Shown: piece by piece, positions 1-8,379 of the stretch | Layout of the letters: the number at the start of each line of letters is the position of its first letter | Numbering within the stretch: position 1 is the stretch's first letter | Assembly (NCBI GenBank): GCA_963843375.1 | Contig: CAWJKT010000008.1 | Coordinates: 96,001-160,000, forward strand | DNA from: an uncultured Pseudomonadota bacterium | Lineage (GTDB): Bacteria; Oederibacteriota; Muellerivitia; Muellerivitales; Muellerivitaceae | Direction of reading: 5' to 3' | Length of the DNA stretch: 64,000 nt | The notes under the pieces: model-generated | What the model was told of the DNA's origin: nothing | What the model saw: only the letters and a program-made list of their open reading frames with translations | The model's database searches: none | Program-made: the position numbers and the translations under genes

Positions 1-358
1 ACTTCCTCTTTTGGAGTCGGTGGGTGAAGCTATTTTAAGTTATCTACGCCACCGCCGAAAAAGTCCGCTTCGGGAAGTTTTTCTTTTGAATCGGGCTCCG
101 TTCCGACCTCTTACATGGCGAACTGTTGAACACATGGTTCAAAGGTATCTGATCAAGGCCGGTGTCAAAATACCCAGAAGTGGTGCAAGCACTTTCCGCC
201 ATTCCTGGGCCATTCGAGCGTTGGCCCATGGCAATTCGATGAAAGCCATCGCGGATGTGCTAGGCCACAGACGCCTGGATAACACCTTTATCTATGCCAA
301 GGCCGATCTCAAAACCCTTCGACAGGTCGCTATGCCGTGGGTGGAGGTGGCCTCATGA
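1..358 (+). CDS. tyrosine recombinase RitA-like, 5'-truncated
   Basis: C-terminal motifs STFRHS and LGHRRLDNTFIY; stop overlaps the next start (ATGA 355-358). Confidence 0.85.
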   Translation, partial: LPLLESVGEAILSYLRHRRKSPLREVFLLNRAPFRPLTWRTVEHMVQRYLIKAGVKIPRSGASTFRHSWAIRALAHGNSMKAIADVLGHRRLDNTFIYAKADLKTLRQVAMPWVEVAS

Positions 359-1359
359 CAACCCACCTTTTTCAAAGTCCAGTGGCCTCCAAAATGTATT
401 CCTTTTTGGAAATACGCCGTGCTTTGGGACGCCAAGCGGACACGGACCAAAAAACACTTCGGTACATTGACCGTTTCCTGGCGAATGTCCTCCAACCAGG
501 GCAACCCATCACGCGGGAGATCATCCATCAATGGCTAAAAACTATTGAGCCGTTGAGTGTGGTTACCCGAATTAACCGGATCAGCACCTTCCGAAAGTTC
601 TGCCGTTATTTGAATCATTTTGATCAGCGGACACATTTGATTCCACGCGGTCTCACTCCTAAGCGGACCCGTCCGGTTCCTTACATCTTTACCGATGAAC
701 AAATACGAGCCGTACTGGCTGCCGCCAAACGACTCCGCACAAGAAGTTCATTTCTTCCTTTCCTGATTTCGACCTTGATTGGCTTGCTTTACAGTACAGG
801 GCTACGGATCAGTGAGGCGTTGAAATTGACTTTGGGGGATATTGATCTCAAGCGAAGGCTTCTTCTGATTCGTCAGACCAAGTTCCAGAAGTCTCGTTGG
901 GTTCCCATATCCGTATCCACTGCCAAATCCTTGCGTGATTTTCTTGAGCGGCGGCGAAAAAGTGGATTCTCAACGGTTGAGACGGCACCGGTTTTCATCA
1001 ATCCTTACAAGAACGCAAATGGAAGACCATATAAGTACGATAGATTTTGTGGCGTTTTCCTAAAAATCCTTCGGGAAGAGAAGATTCGTGGGCCCAAGGG
1101 AGACCGGGGACCAAGGGTTCACCACCTACGACATAGTTTTGCCGTTCACCGATTGGCCAAGTGGTATCGGGAAGGGGCGGTTATTTCAACCAAGTTGCCA
1201 CTGCTTTCAACTTACTTGGGTCATTCCAGCCTTGTCGGCACGGAGGTTTACTTACAGGCCACCACCGACCTGTTGGAGGAAGCCAACAGGCGCTTCCACG
1301 ACAACTGCGCCTTTCCAAATTCACAGCAAAAGCCTAAAGGAGGCGTCCATGCCCAATAA
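355..1359 (+). CDS. tyrosine recombinase RitB-like
   Basis: TGLRISE, HHLRHSF, LGHSSLVGTEVY; GGAGG RBS. Confidence 0.9.
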   Translation: MTTHLFQSPVASKMYSFLEIRRALGRQADTDQKTLRYIDRFLANVLQPGQPITREIIHQWLKTIEPLSVVTRINRISTFRKFCRYLNHFDQRTHLIPRGLTPKRTRPVPYIFTDEQIRAVLAAAKRLRTRSSFLPFLISTLIGLLYSTGLRISEALKLTLGDIDLKRRLLLIRQTKFQKSRWVPISVSTAKSLRDFLERRRKSGFSTVETAPVFINPYKNANGRPYKYDRFCGVFLKILREEKIRGPKGDRGPRVHHLRHSFAVHRLAKWYREGAVISTKLPLLSTYLGHSSLVGTEVYLQATTDLLEEANRRFHDNCAFPNSQQKPKGGVHAQ

Positions 1360-2359
1360 CCTAGCTTCTCCAGTCCGAAACTTCTTTGAGCATTACCTGA
1401 CCGGCGAAAAAGGTTTGAGTTCTCATACGATCCTGGCTTACCGCGACACCTTGAAACTACTTCTGAGGTTTGCGGCGGATCACCATCGAAAGTCATGCGT
1501 GGATCTGACGGTGGAGGATATTTCCGCCGAAACTGTCCGGCTATTCTTGGTGCACCTGGAAAAAATAAGGGGTAATGGAGTCCGAACCCGCAATACCCGG
1601 CTAGCGGCCATCCATTCTTTTTTCCGCTACTTGGCTTATTGGGAACCCCGGTTTCTCGTAGCTTCCCAGGAGGTATTAGGGATTCCTTTCAAACGACACG
1701 CCAGTCCCGTGATGGGATATTTGAACCAGGAGGAGATGGTCCATTTATTTAGTCATATTGATACTGGAACATCTCAAGGCAAACGCGACGAAGCCGTTCT
1801 GCGGTTGATTTACAATACAGGTGCACGGGCCCAGGAACTGGTGAGTTTGGACGTAAACCATATACGATTCAGCCGTCCTTATTTGGTTCACATCCTTGGA
1901 AAAGGAAGAAAAGAGCGGACATGTCCTCTCTGGTCCGAAACTGTGGATTCACTAAAAAATCACCTGGAAGAGCGCCATGTAAAGACTTCAGACCGCGCTC
2001 CTCTTTTCGTGAATGCCAAGGGACAGAGGCTTTCCCGTTTCGGTTTACGGCACCTTATTACCCGGCGGGTTGCCATCGCGGCCAAGACCTCGCCAACCCT
2101 TCTCACTCGGAAGATTGGGCCTCATACCTTCCGACACACAACAGCCATGCATTTGCTTCAATCCGGTGTCGATCTCAACATGATTCGATCATGGCTTGGG
2201 CATTCATCGATTGAAACCACCCATGGTTACGTTGAACTCGATTTGGAGATGAAACAGAAGACGCTTCAGTCATGCAAGAATCTCCTCCCAAAAATGGAGA
2301 AGGGCGGCCCTTCATGGCAACAAGACCAGGGCATCCTGGACTGGTTGGCACGCCTCTAA
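1349..2359 (+). CDS. tyrosine recombinase RitC-like (XerD-like)
   Basis: TGARAQE, KGRKER, HTFRHT, LGHSSIETTHGY; AAGGAGG RBS before ATG 1349. Confidence 0.9.
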   Translation: MPNNLASPVRNFFEHYLTGEKGLSSHTILAYRDTLKLLLRFAADHHRKSCVDLTVEDISAETVRLFLVHLEKIRGNGVRTRNTRLAAIHSFFRYLAYWEPRFLVASQEVLGIPFKRHASPVMGYLNQEEMVHLFSHIDTGTSQGKRDEAVLRLIYNTGARAQELVSLDVNHIRFSRPYLVHILGKGRKERTCPLWSETVDSLKNHLEERHVKTSDRAPLFVNAKGQRLSRFGLRHLITRRVAIAAKTSPTLLTRKIGPHTFRHTTAMHLLQSGVDLNMIRSWLGHSSIETTHGYVELDLEMKQKTLQSCKNLLPKMEKGGPSWQQDQGILDWLARL

Positions 2360-2453
2360 TTATGTGAAGTGCGGGAGGGTCTTCACCACAGGATTTTCCC
2401 GCATTTTATCATTCCAATCCGATCAACTTCACATAACTAACCACTTCACATAA
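2360..2453. repeat. RIT right-end recombinase-binding repeats
   Basis: TTATGTGAAGT at 2360-2370; inverted copies ACTTCACATAA at 2426-2436 and 2443-2453. Confidence 0.75.
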
Positions 2454-2782
2454 CAAGATCACCCGAACGGTCTTTGTGAGGGAAGCTTGGCCCAGGGGGA
2501 AAGCCTAGAAAAAGGGATTCTGTACCATCCCTTTTTCGTTCCCCCCATAAACGGCACTTTAAATCCAAAATCCACGCTACCAGGAAGGACTAACCACCAA
2601 GTCTTAACCAGCTTTACCAACCACCTGCCTTACCGCCCATACCAACCCACCTACCACCATTACCCACTACCACCCCCAACATTCCAACCTACCACTCCTT
2701 GACTCCTGCTCCTGTTTTTCCTTGCTGTGTCTCTAATCAGTTCATCTCATCTACACCTCAAGTCAATTTCTCAGATTCATAA

Positions 2783-2879
2783 GGTTTTCCAATGAGGAGA
2801 GGGCGAACCCCCCTATCGTTTCTAGCATCCTCACTTGATGCGTAGATAGGGGGGTTCGCCATCGGATCATTGGAAAACC
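2783..2879. repeat. long nested inverted repeat / hairpin
   Basis: Perfect 13-bp stem 2783-2795/2867-2879, perfect 16-bp stem 2802-2817/2845-2860, inner GCATC/GATGC. Confidence 0.85.
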
Positions 2880-3163
2880 GACCCATTCAAAGGGAAATTT
2901 TCATTTTTGGAGTTCCATGGCGCGGAACTTTCATTTCCATGGGACATCGACTTTCTCCGCTTCCCTATTAGCTTTTAGGACTTCACGAGTGTTTCTGGTG
3001 CCTCAAATTCCCTTTAAATTCAATCGGACATTTCTCAAGACACCATGGCAAGGCCCCGGAAGTGGGCATTGGTCTTCAGGGGTATAGGGCAACTTTACAA
3101 GAAGGGAAAAAAGCGGTACCTTTTCCGGCTTTGCCAAAATAAGGGAAGTCGAGGTAAAGGAAG

Positions 3164-3402
3164 ATGAGCCGTTCCAGAAGGCATACCCCAAAACGTGGGA
3201 TCACAACCGCCAATTCCGAGAAGTGGGACAAGCGATTAGCCAACCGCACCCTTCGCCACCACAACAAGATCCTGGTCAATAAGGCGGGGGGGAAGACGCC
3301 CTTCCCCTCAAAATGAACCAGGTCATGACCACTTGGCACATGAGCAAGGACGGGAAGATCCATTTCGACCCGAGGAAAGAACCCAAAAACATGAGAAAGT
3401 AA
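3164..3402 (+). pseudogene. small basic hypothetical protein (MSRSRRHTP...WHMSKDGK...RK), frameshifted in a G7 run; not in the ORF track
   Basis: Manual translation gives MSRSRRHTPKRGITTANSEKWDKRLANRTLR..., then after a shift GEDALPLKMNQVMTTWHMSKDGKIHFDPRKEPKNMRK*; resembles a small uncharacterised family recalled from memory. Confidence 0.55.
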
Positions 3403-3480
3403 CGTTTAGCGATGGGACAATGAATAAGCGACGGGGGACTTATTAACGCTTAAATTATTTAACAAAAAGAGAAAAGAGAA

Positions 3481-4701
3481 ATGATTACTCGTTACAAAAC
3501 CGCAATTATTGATTTATGCATTAAAATTCAAACTATCAATAACTCGCCCTGGAATTCCGGGAAACTTTGTTTTCTTGTCCAACAAACGATTTTAAAAAAA
3601 ATTGTTCATGTCGAGCTAAAGATTCAAAAACTAAAAAGCCGAATTAAAGAAGTAAATACACAGTTCAAAATCAATCGAGGAACTCCAAACGAAATAGAAA
3701 AAGCCTCAAAATTAAATATCGAATTAGAAAAATTAGATCGAAAGATCAAAGATTACAAACATTTGCTAATCGTATTTAGAAGTCTCGGCGATTCTCTGGC
3801 CTTTATTTACATAGATAAATACGACATAAAACAATTTATTTTCAAAGAAAGTGCAGGTTACATATCAGGGAAAGAGGGACTGAAGCTCGAATATGACATA
3901 TTAAAACTAGCCTTTAAAGCAGGCGGAATCGCGCTCCTAAACGATCTTACAAATTGTCTAAGGCATGGTGACATAACCCTAGTTCGGCCAGACTTACCAC
4001 CTGTAATCATCGAGGCTAAAACAGGCACAAGAGAATTTTCTAAAGGGGCAAAACAGATTGAAAAGACTAATAAGATTCTTGATTTTCTAAACAGCGGTGA
4101 AACGACCAGAGAAAATCATTTCGTGAGAAGAATGGAAATCAAAACCAAAGAAATAGATAACAGAGTTTTGCTAAACGCTTTAGTCCAAGAAGCTTTGACA
4201 ACAGGGGATGCATTTGCAACGGCTGAAGCCGGCTTGCATTATTATCTGGCGACAATCCCGAAAATCGAAAACGTCAAAAAAATTATGGCCAGTTTTAACA
4301 GCCAACCGATATCTGCTTTTTTGGATTCTAATCAAATGCCTTATATTGGCTATTACCCTTTATCGCTAATACTAAAAAATCCAAATGCATATTTTAGTTT
4401 TTGCCGAGAAGAACTACATATCGTGGTTTTCTTTGAGCCAGCAGTTATAAAACAAAAATTCGAATCTTTAGGATTTCGGATCGAATTTCATAACAGCGGA
4501 GATTACGAGTTCAGCTTGTTTGCGAAAGACGGAATGAATAAAGAATTTGGTCCATTAAATATCAGCAAATTCTTTTTCGGTCGAATGATTATTGAGTTCT
4601 TAAGTTTGGATTGGTTTTTGAACGAATTAGTTAACGTCTATCGCGGAACGCCTTTAGCGGATTGGCTAGCTCAAAAACCAGATCCCGGGCTCCAATCATA
4701 A
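3481..4701 (+). CDS. hypothetical protein with N-terminal coiled coil and probable PD-(D/E)xK nuclease motif
   Basis: 406-aa AT-rich ORF; RHGDITLV...IIEAKTG. Confidence 0.6.
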   Translation: MITRYKTAIIDLCIKIQTINNSPWNSGKLCFLVQQTILKKIVHVELKIQKLKSRIKEVNTQFKINRGTPNEIEKASKLNIELEKLDRKIKDYKHLLIVFRSLGDSLAFIYIDKYDIKQFIFKESAGYISGKEGLKLEYDILKLAFKAGGIALLNDLTNCLRHGDITLVRPDLPPVIIEAKTGTREFSKGAKQIEKTNKILDFLNSGETTRENHFVRRMEIKTKEIDNRVLLNALVQEALTTGDAFATAEAGLHYYLATIPKIENVKKIMASFNSQPISAFLDSNQMPYIGYYPLSLILKNPNAYFSFCREELHIVVFFEPAVIKQKFESLGFRIEFHNSGDYEFSLFAKDGMNKEFGPLNISKFFFGRMIIEFLSLDWFLNELVNVYRGTPLADWLAQKPDPGLQS

Positions 4702-4711
4702 TCTGAAATAA

Positions 4712-5080
4712 TTACAAAAGGTTTTTGAAATCCTTTTTCAAGAACGGTGAGACTTTCCCGCCTTGTATTACCTTATCTAATAATGCATCCGACATATCGG
4801 CATCCGGTGTGGCGACGCGCATTGAAATGGCTACCTCGATTTTTTGGACATCTGAAAGGATTGCTTCGCGGTAATTAACTACGGATTCTTTCCTAATGTA
4901 GGGATGTTCGCGAGGTAGCAGAACACAAGATTGGTCCCTACCCTCTTCATTTTCCGTAATATTCACCAACAAAACCTTACCTTCCTCATCGGGCTCAGTT
5001 ATTACAAAATACAAATGAGGAGGATTTAGTGGTGAACCAGGATTTCTTAGTTGGACTGTACTTTTGATTTGGATTGGCAT
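4712..5080 (-). CDS. PemK/MazF-like putative toxin
   Basis: PHLYFVI...VLLVNIT...L...EHPYIRKESVVNY pattern; directly downstream of the Panacea gene. Confidence 0.6.
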   Translation of the reverse strand: MPIQIKSTVQLRNPGSPLNPPHLYFVITEPDEEGKVLLVNITENEEGRDQSCVLLPREHPYIRKESVVNYREAILSDVQKIEVAISMRVATPDADMSDALLDKVIQGGKVSPFLKKDFKNLL

Positions 5081-5091
5081 TCAAGAGGCAC

Positions 5092-5637
5092 TTACGAGCC
5101 AAAAACTGCATGGGCAAAGTGGAAATCAGAAATCTCTTGCTCGATCTTCTTTATCTCTTTCGGTTCTTTTCCAATAAAACTTAATAGTTTTTCATTGGCA
5201 ATTGGTAACGAAGAGCCGCTTGGGTCTTCCCATTCCTTTATGTGGGTATGGCAATAGTCGATCATTTCTCCAAAAGTATACTTTTTGAATTTTTTATCAA
5301 TTTCATTTAGAAGTTTCATTTCCGCTTCGGAGAGTTCACCATCACCCGGATCTTGAACAAGAACGGTATTAAATCCATCTTTCTTAATTGAGCAAAGCCA
5401 ATACTTGTTTTCAACCTTGCCTCTTATCCAATCATAAACTTCACTCAATACTGGCCCATTAACCATGGACACATAGCTTCCACCGGTGATAGGCCGGTTC
5501 CACTTCTTTAGAGCTTCCCTGTCGGCAAGATACATAAGCTTAATCATTTTTGTGTAATTGATATGCTTGCCGTTACTCTTGATAAAGTAGGCAGCCACTT
5601 GTGTTGCTTTTAATGGGTTTAAGTGAAAAATAATCAT
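5092..5637 (-). CDS. Panacea (DUF4065/SocA-like) antitoxin
   Basis: KMIKLMYLADR, GPVLSEVY, YCH..IKEW motifs. Confidence 0.85.
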   Translation of the reverse strand: MIIFHLNPLKATQVAAYFIKSNGKHINYTKMIKLMYLADREALKKWNRPITGGSYVSMVNGPVLSEVYDWIRGKVENKYWLCSIKKDGFNTVLVQDPGDGELSEAEMKLLNEIDKKFKKYTFGEMIDYCHTHIKEWEDPSGSSLPIANEKLLSFIGKEPKEIKKIEQEISDFHFAHAVFGS

Positions 5638-5737
5638 GAGTTACTCCTGAAACTTAGTATATATCTCTAACGACAGATACGGAAATTTTCAATAGCATGA
5701 CCGAATTAAGGTTATTTTTGCTAAGAAAACCAAATAG

Positions 5738-6035
5738 TGGTGGGGCATCCTGGATTCGAACCAGGGACCAAGGCATTCAGGTTTGTGCCGCTTACGCGAC
5801 TCCCCGGACTATCTCTTCACCCAAATATAAGGGTGTGGGACGCTTAAACGCGGTGATTAAGGGGCCTTAACCCCTCCGCTAGTCTCTGCACCTTCCCCCG
5901 GTGTACCGAAGGCTTGGCTCAGGATTGCCCGTCACCGGGTTTCCCTGAATTCATCCCATTTCATTCCCTGGCTTTCACCAGGGATGCACAGCTTCCGCTA
6001 TGAGTGCCCTGCTCTAACCGCTGAGCTAATGCCCC
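5738..6035 (-). tRNA. ileX: tRNA-Ile2 (anticodon CAU), intron-containing; exons 6035-6000 and 5777-5738
   Basis: Spliced 76-mer GGGGCATTAGCTCAGCGGTTAGAGCAGGGCACTCAT|AATGCCTTGGTCCCTGGTTCGAATCCAGGATGCCCCACCA folds as a cloverleaf with encoded CCA; resembles E. coli ileX and lies downstream of rpoD as ileX does. Confidence 0.9.
5778..5999 (-). ncRNA. group I intron (IC3-type, Azoarcus-like), 222 nt, no internal ORF
   Basis: P1 CAU|AGC-GGAA-GCUGUG with U.G at the splice site; core AAUUCAGGGAAAC, GGCAAUCCUGAGCCAAG, GAAGGUGCAGAGACUA, GAAGAGAUAGUCC; ends CACAAACCUG (omega G). Confidence 0.92.
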
Positions 6036-6051
6036 AATTTTTAAGAGTGCC

Positions 6052-6081
6052 ATTCTAAGACAGAATGACCCTTTCCAACAA
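6052..6081 (-). promoter_or_regulatory. possible sigma70 promoter for the intact tRNA
   Basis: TAGAAT -10 at 6057-6052; TTGTTG or TTGGAA 18 or 15 bp upstream. Confidence 0.35.
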
Positions 6082-6460
6082 ACTATCAGCCAATGACATC
6101 CATAAGACATCGCCTTCTGAAAGTATTACCCCATAAAGATTTCTGGTGTCTTTCAGGGCAGCATTACTGCCATGGCTTTAAATTCAATCGCACTTTCGAG
6201 CCTTTTTAAACCATCAAGCACGGCACCACAACTGCCCTGCTTTAAGTGGAGTGCCCTGCTCTGCTTCGTGTCTTATTCGTGTCATTCGTAGTGCGCTTTT
6301 ACCGCCACTGACCGCCACTTACCATGCTTTACCATGCTTTCAAAAAAAGGCCCTTGCCCGTGACCTTCTTAAAAGCGTTACGGGCAAAGGCGTTTAAAAC
6401 GTGCTGGGGACAGTTAAATTTTTACTCACGGACTTCGGGACCCCGCCGAACCCTCCAAAA

Positions 6461-6500
6461 CATTATGAGTGCCCTGCTCTAACCGCTGAGCTAATGCCCC
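6461..6500 (-). pseudogene. 5' half of tRNA-Ile(CAU) with the intron-less junction (att-like scar)
   Basis: 6465-6500 is identical to exon 1 (6000-6035), continues CAT-AATG as in the spliced tRNA, then diverges with no T arm. Confidence 0.85.
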
Positions 6501-6520
6501 TCTTTACATAAACTAGGATT

Positions 6521-6552
6521 AAAAAAGAAGGGCGCGAACTTCGCGCCCTTCT
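6521..6552 (-). terminator. intrinsic terminator after rpoD
   Basis: 12-bp stem AGAAGGGCGCGA/TCGCGCCCTTCT with a U tract on the minus strand. Confidence 0.8.
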
Positions 6553-6579
6553 CATAGTTTTACTATAGCAGAATACGGA

Positions 6580-8379
6580 TTAGTCTAAATAACCTTTCAA
6601 TTTTCGGCTTCGGGACGGGTGCCGAAGTTTCCGAAGTGCTTTCGCCTCGATTTGCCTTACTCGTTCACGGGTGACCTTGAAGGTATTGCCGACTTCTTCC
6701 AAGGTATGCGGGTATCCATCGTTCAACCCGAAGCGCATGCGCAAAACTTCCGCTTCCCTTTCCTTCAAGGTGTGGAGCACTTTCGAAATCTGCTCTTGTA
6801 GGAGCACGAAGGCGGCCGCATTGGCGGGGGAAATCACATCCTTGTCCTCGATGAAGTCGCCCAAATGGCTGTCCTTTTCCTCGCCGATTGGCGTTTCTAA
6901 TGAAATCGGTTCCTGGGCGATTTTGAGTATAGCCCGTACTTTCTCAACCGGCATTTCCAGTTTTTCGGCGATCTCGTCCGCCATGGGCTCTCTTCCTAAT
7001 TCTTGGACCAGGTCACGGGAAACCTTGATGGACTTGTTAATGGTTTCGATCATATGCACCGGTATACGGATGGTCCGGGCTTGATCCGCGATAGCGCGGG
7101 TGATGGCCTGGCGGATCCACCAAGTGGCGTAAGTGGAGAACTTATAGCCCCGGCGGTACTCGAATTTCTCGACCGCCCGCATCAGGCCAATATTACCTTC
7201 CTGGATCAGGTCCAGGAAAGGCAGTCCGCGGTTGGTGTATTTTTTGGCGATGGAAATAACCAAACGCAAGTTGGCTTCCACCAATTCCATGCGAGCATAA
7301 TAGGCTTCCCTTTCGCCGACACGAATACTTCTCATAAGGATTTTTAAATGCTCCCTGCCCGTCATGGCTTCTTTTTCTAACTTCTTGATGTGACGCCGGG
7401 CTTCGTCCCAAAATCGGGTCACACGGATAAAATTCTCGCCTTTCACCGCGCTCTTTTTCTCCAGCGGTTTGAGGTCGGAGTGGGCGCCATGTTTCAAGAG
7501 GCTGGGCAGTTTGATATAGGCTTCGGGGGTTAACTTCATTTGTTTTTCCTGCATATGCATGACATGTTCTTGCTCTTCAATTGACTCCCCATACTCGCGC
7601 AGACCGCCAATTAGTCGCTCCTTGACCTTCTTTTGGAATTGGCAGTCCTTCACCAGCCAGATCAGATCGATTAATTTGGCGTCCAACTGCTCCGCCAACT
7701 GTTTGCGCTTATCTTGATGAAGGGATTTTAAGACCACTTTATGCTGTAGGCCTTTGATTTGGCGCTCCAAGGATTTGAGTTTGGTTTGGTTTTTTCGGAG
7801 TTTGGTATAAATCTGTTTTTCCGGGATGCTGGGCATCTCGGTATAAGGGTCCAGGTCAACCGTTTCTTGAAGGGTTTTTCTTTTTTTCAGGATATCGTTA
7901 AAAAGGTCGTGTAGTTGTTGGAACCCAAGGGAACTACCCAAGACCGCTTTTTGTTCCTTGAACTCGCCAGCTTCAATACGCTTGGCGATGGAAATCTCCT
8001 CCTCGCGGGTGAGCAGGGGGATGCGACCCATCTCATGCAGGTACATCTTAACCGGGTCCCCCATGCGGGTTTCAACTCCGGCGGTTTCGAAAGATTTCTC
8101 AAACTCTTCCTCTTCTTCATCCTCGTCCTTGACGATCGCCCCTGGCACCTCAGCCCCGGCCTCCTTGTCGTCGTCGGGAATGGTGACGGCCTTTTCTTCC
8201 TGTTCAACGATTTTGATGTCGTTTTCACCTAGCATCAAAAGAATATCGTCTATCTCCTCAGAGGAAACAACTTCATCTGGAAGGATGTCATTCACCTGTT
8301 TATAGGTAATGTAGCCTTTCTCTTTACCAACCTCGAGGATCTTACTGACGTGTTCTTTCGCCTTGGACGCCGGTTTCAT
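6580..8379 (-). CDS. rpoD: RNA polymerase sigma factor RpoD
   Basis: Region 1.1, [29 protein letters not shown], region 4 TRERVRQIE. Confidence 0.98.
   Translation of the reverse strand: MKPASKAKEHVSKILEVGKEKGYITYKQVNDILPDEVVSSEEIDDILLMLGENDIKIVEQEEKAVTIPDDDKEAGAEVPGAIVKDEDEEEEEFEKSFETAGVETRMGDPVKMYLHEMGRIPLLTREEEISIAKRIEAGEFKEQKAVLGSSLGFQQLHDLFNDILKKRKTLQETVDLDPYTEMPSIPEKQIYTKLRKNQTKLKSLERQIKGLQHKVVLKSLHQDKRKQLAEQLDAKLIDLIWLVKDCQFQKKVKERLIGGLREYGESIEEQEHVMHMQEKQMKLTPEAYIKLPSLLKHGAHSDLKPLEKKSAVKGENFIRVTRFWDEARRHIKKLEKEAMTGREHLKILMRSIRVGEREAYYARMELVEANLRLVISIAKKYTNRGLPFLDLIQEGNIGLMRAVEKFEYRRGYKFSTYATWWIRQAITRAIADQARTIRIPVHMIETINKSIKVSRDLVQELGREPMADEIAEKLEMPVEKVRAILKIAQEPISLETPIGEEKDSHLGDFIEDKDVISPANAAAFVLLQEQISKVLHTLKEREAEVLRMRFGLNDGYPHTLEEVGNTFKVTRERVRQIEAKALRKLRHPSRSRKLKGYLD

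Larger units (their letters stand above)
1..2453 (+). mobile_element. RIT (recombinase-in-trio) element, left part outside the window
   Basis: Three overlapping, co-oriented tyrosine recombinase genes, followed by the repeated 11-12 bp site TTATGTGAAGT/ACTTCACATAA. Confidence 0.85.

Noticed and set aside
1088..1348. N-terminal extension of the third recombinase in the ORF track
   Set aside because: Overlaps ritB; a strong RBS supports ATG 1349
2783..4701. Retron (hairpin as msd, downstream ORF as RT)
   Set aside because: The 406-aa ORF lacks YxDD and other RT motifs; no RT is present in the window
5738..6035. tRNA-Met or fMet assignment
   Set aside because: G1-C72 is paired and the sequence and rpoD synteny match ileX-type tRNA-Ile2; not formally scored
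6420..6500. Second complete tRNA
   Set aside because: No T arm or acceptor 3' strand
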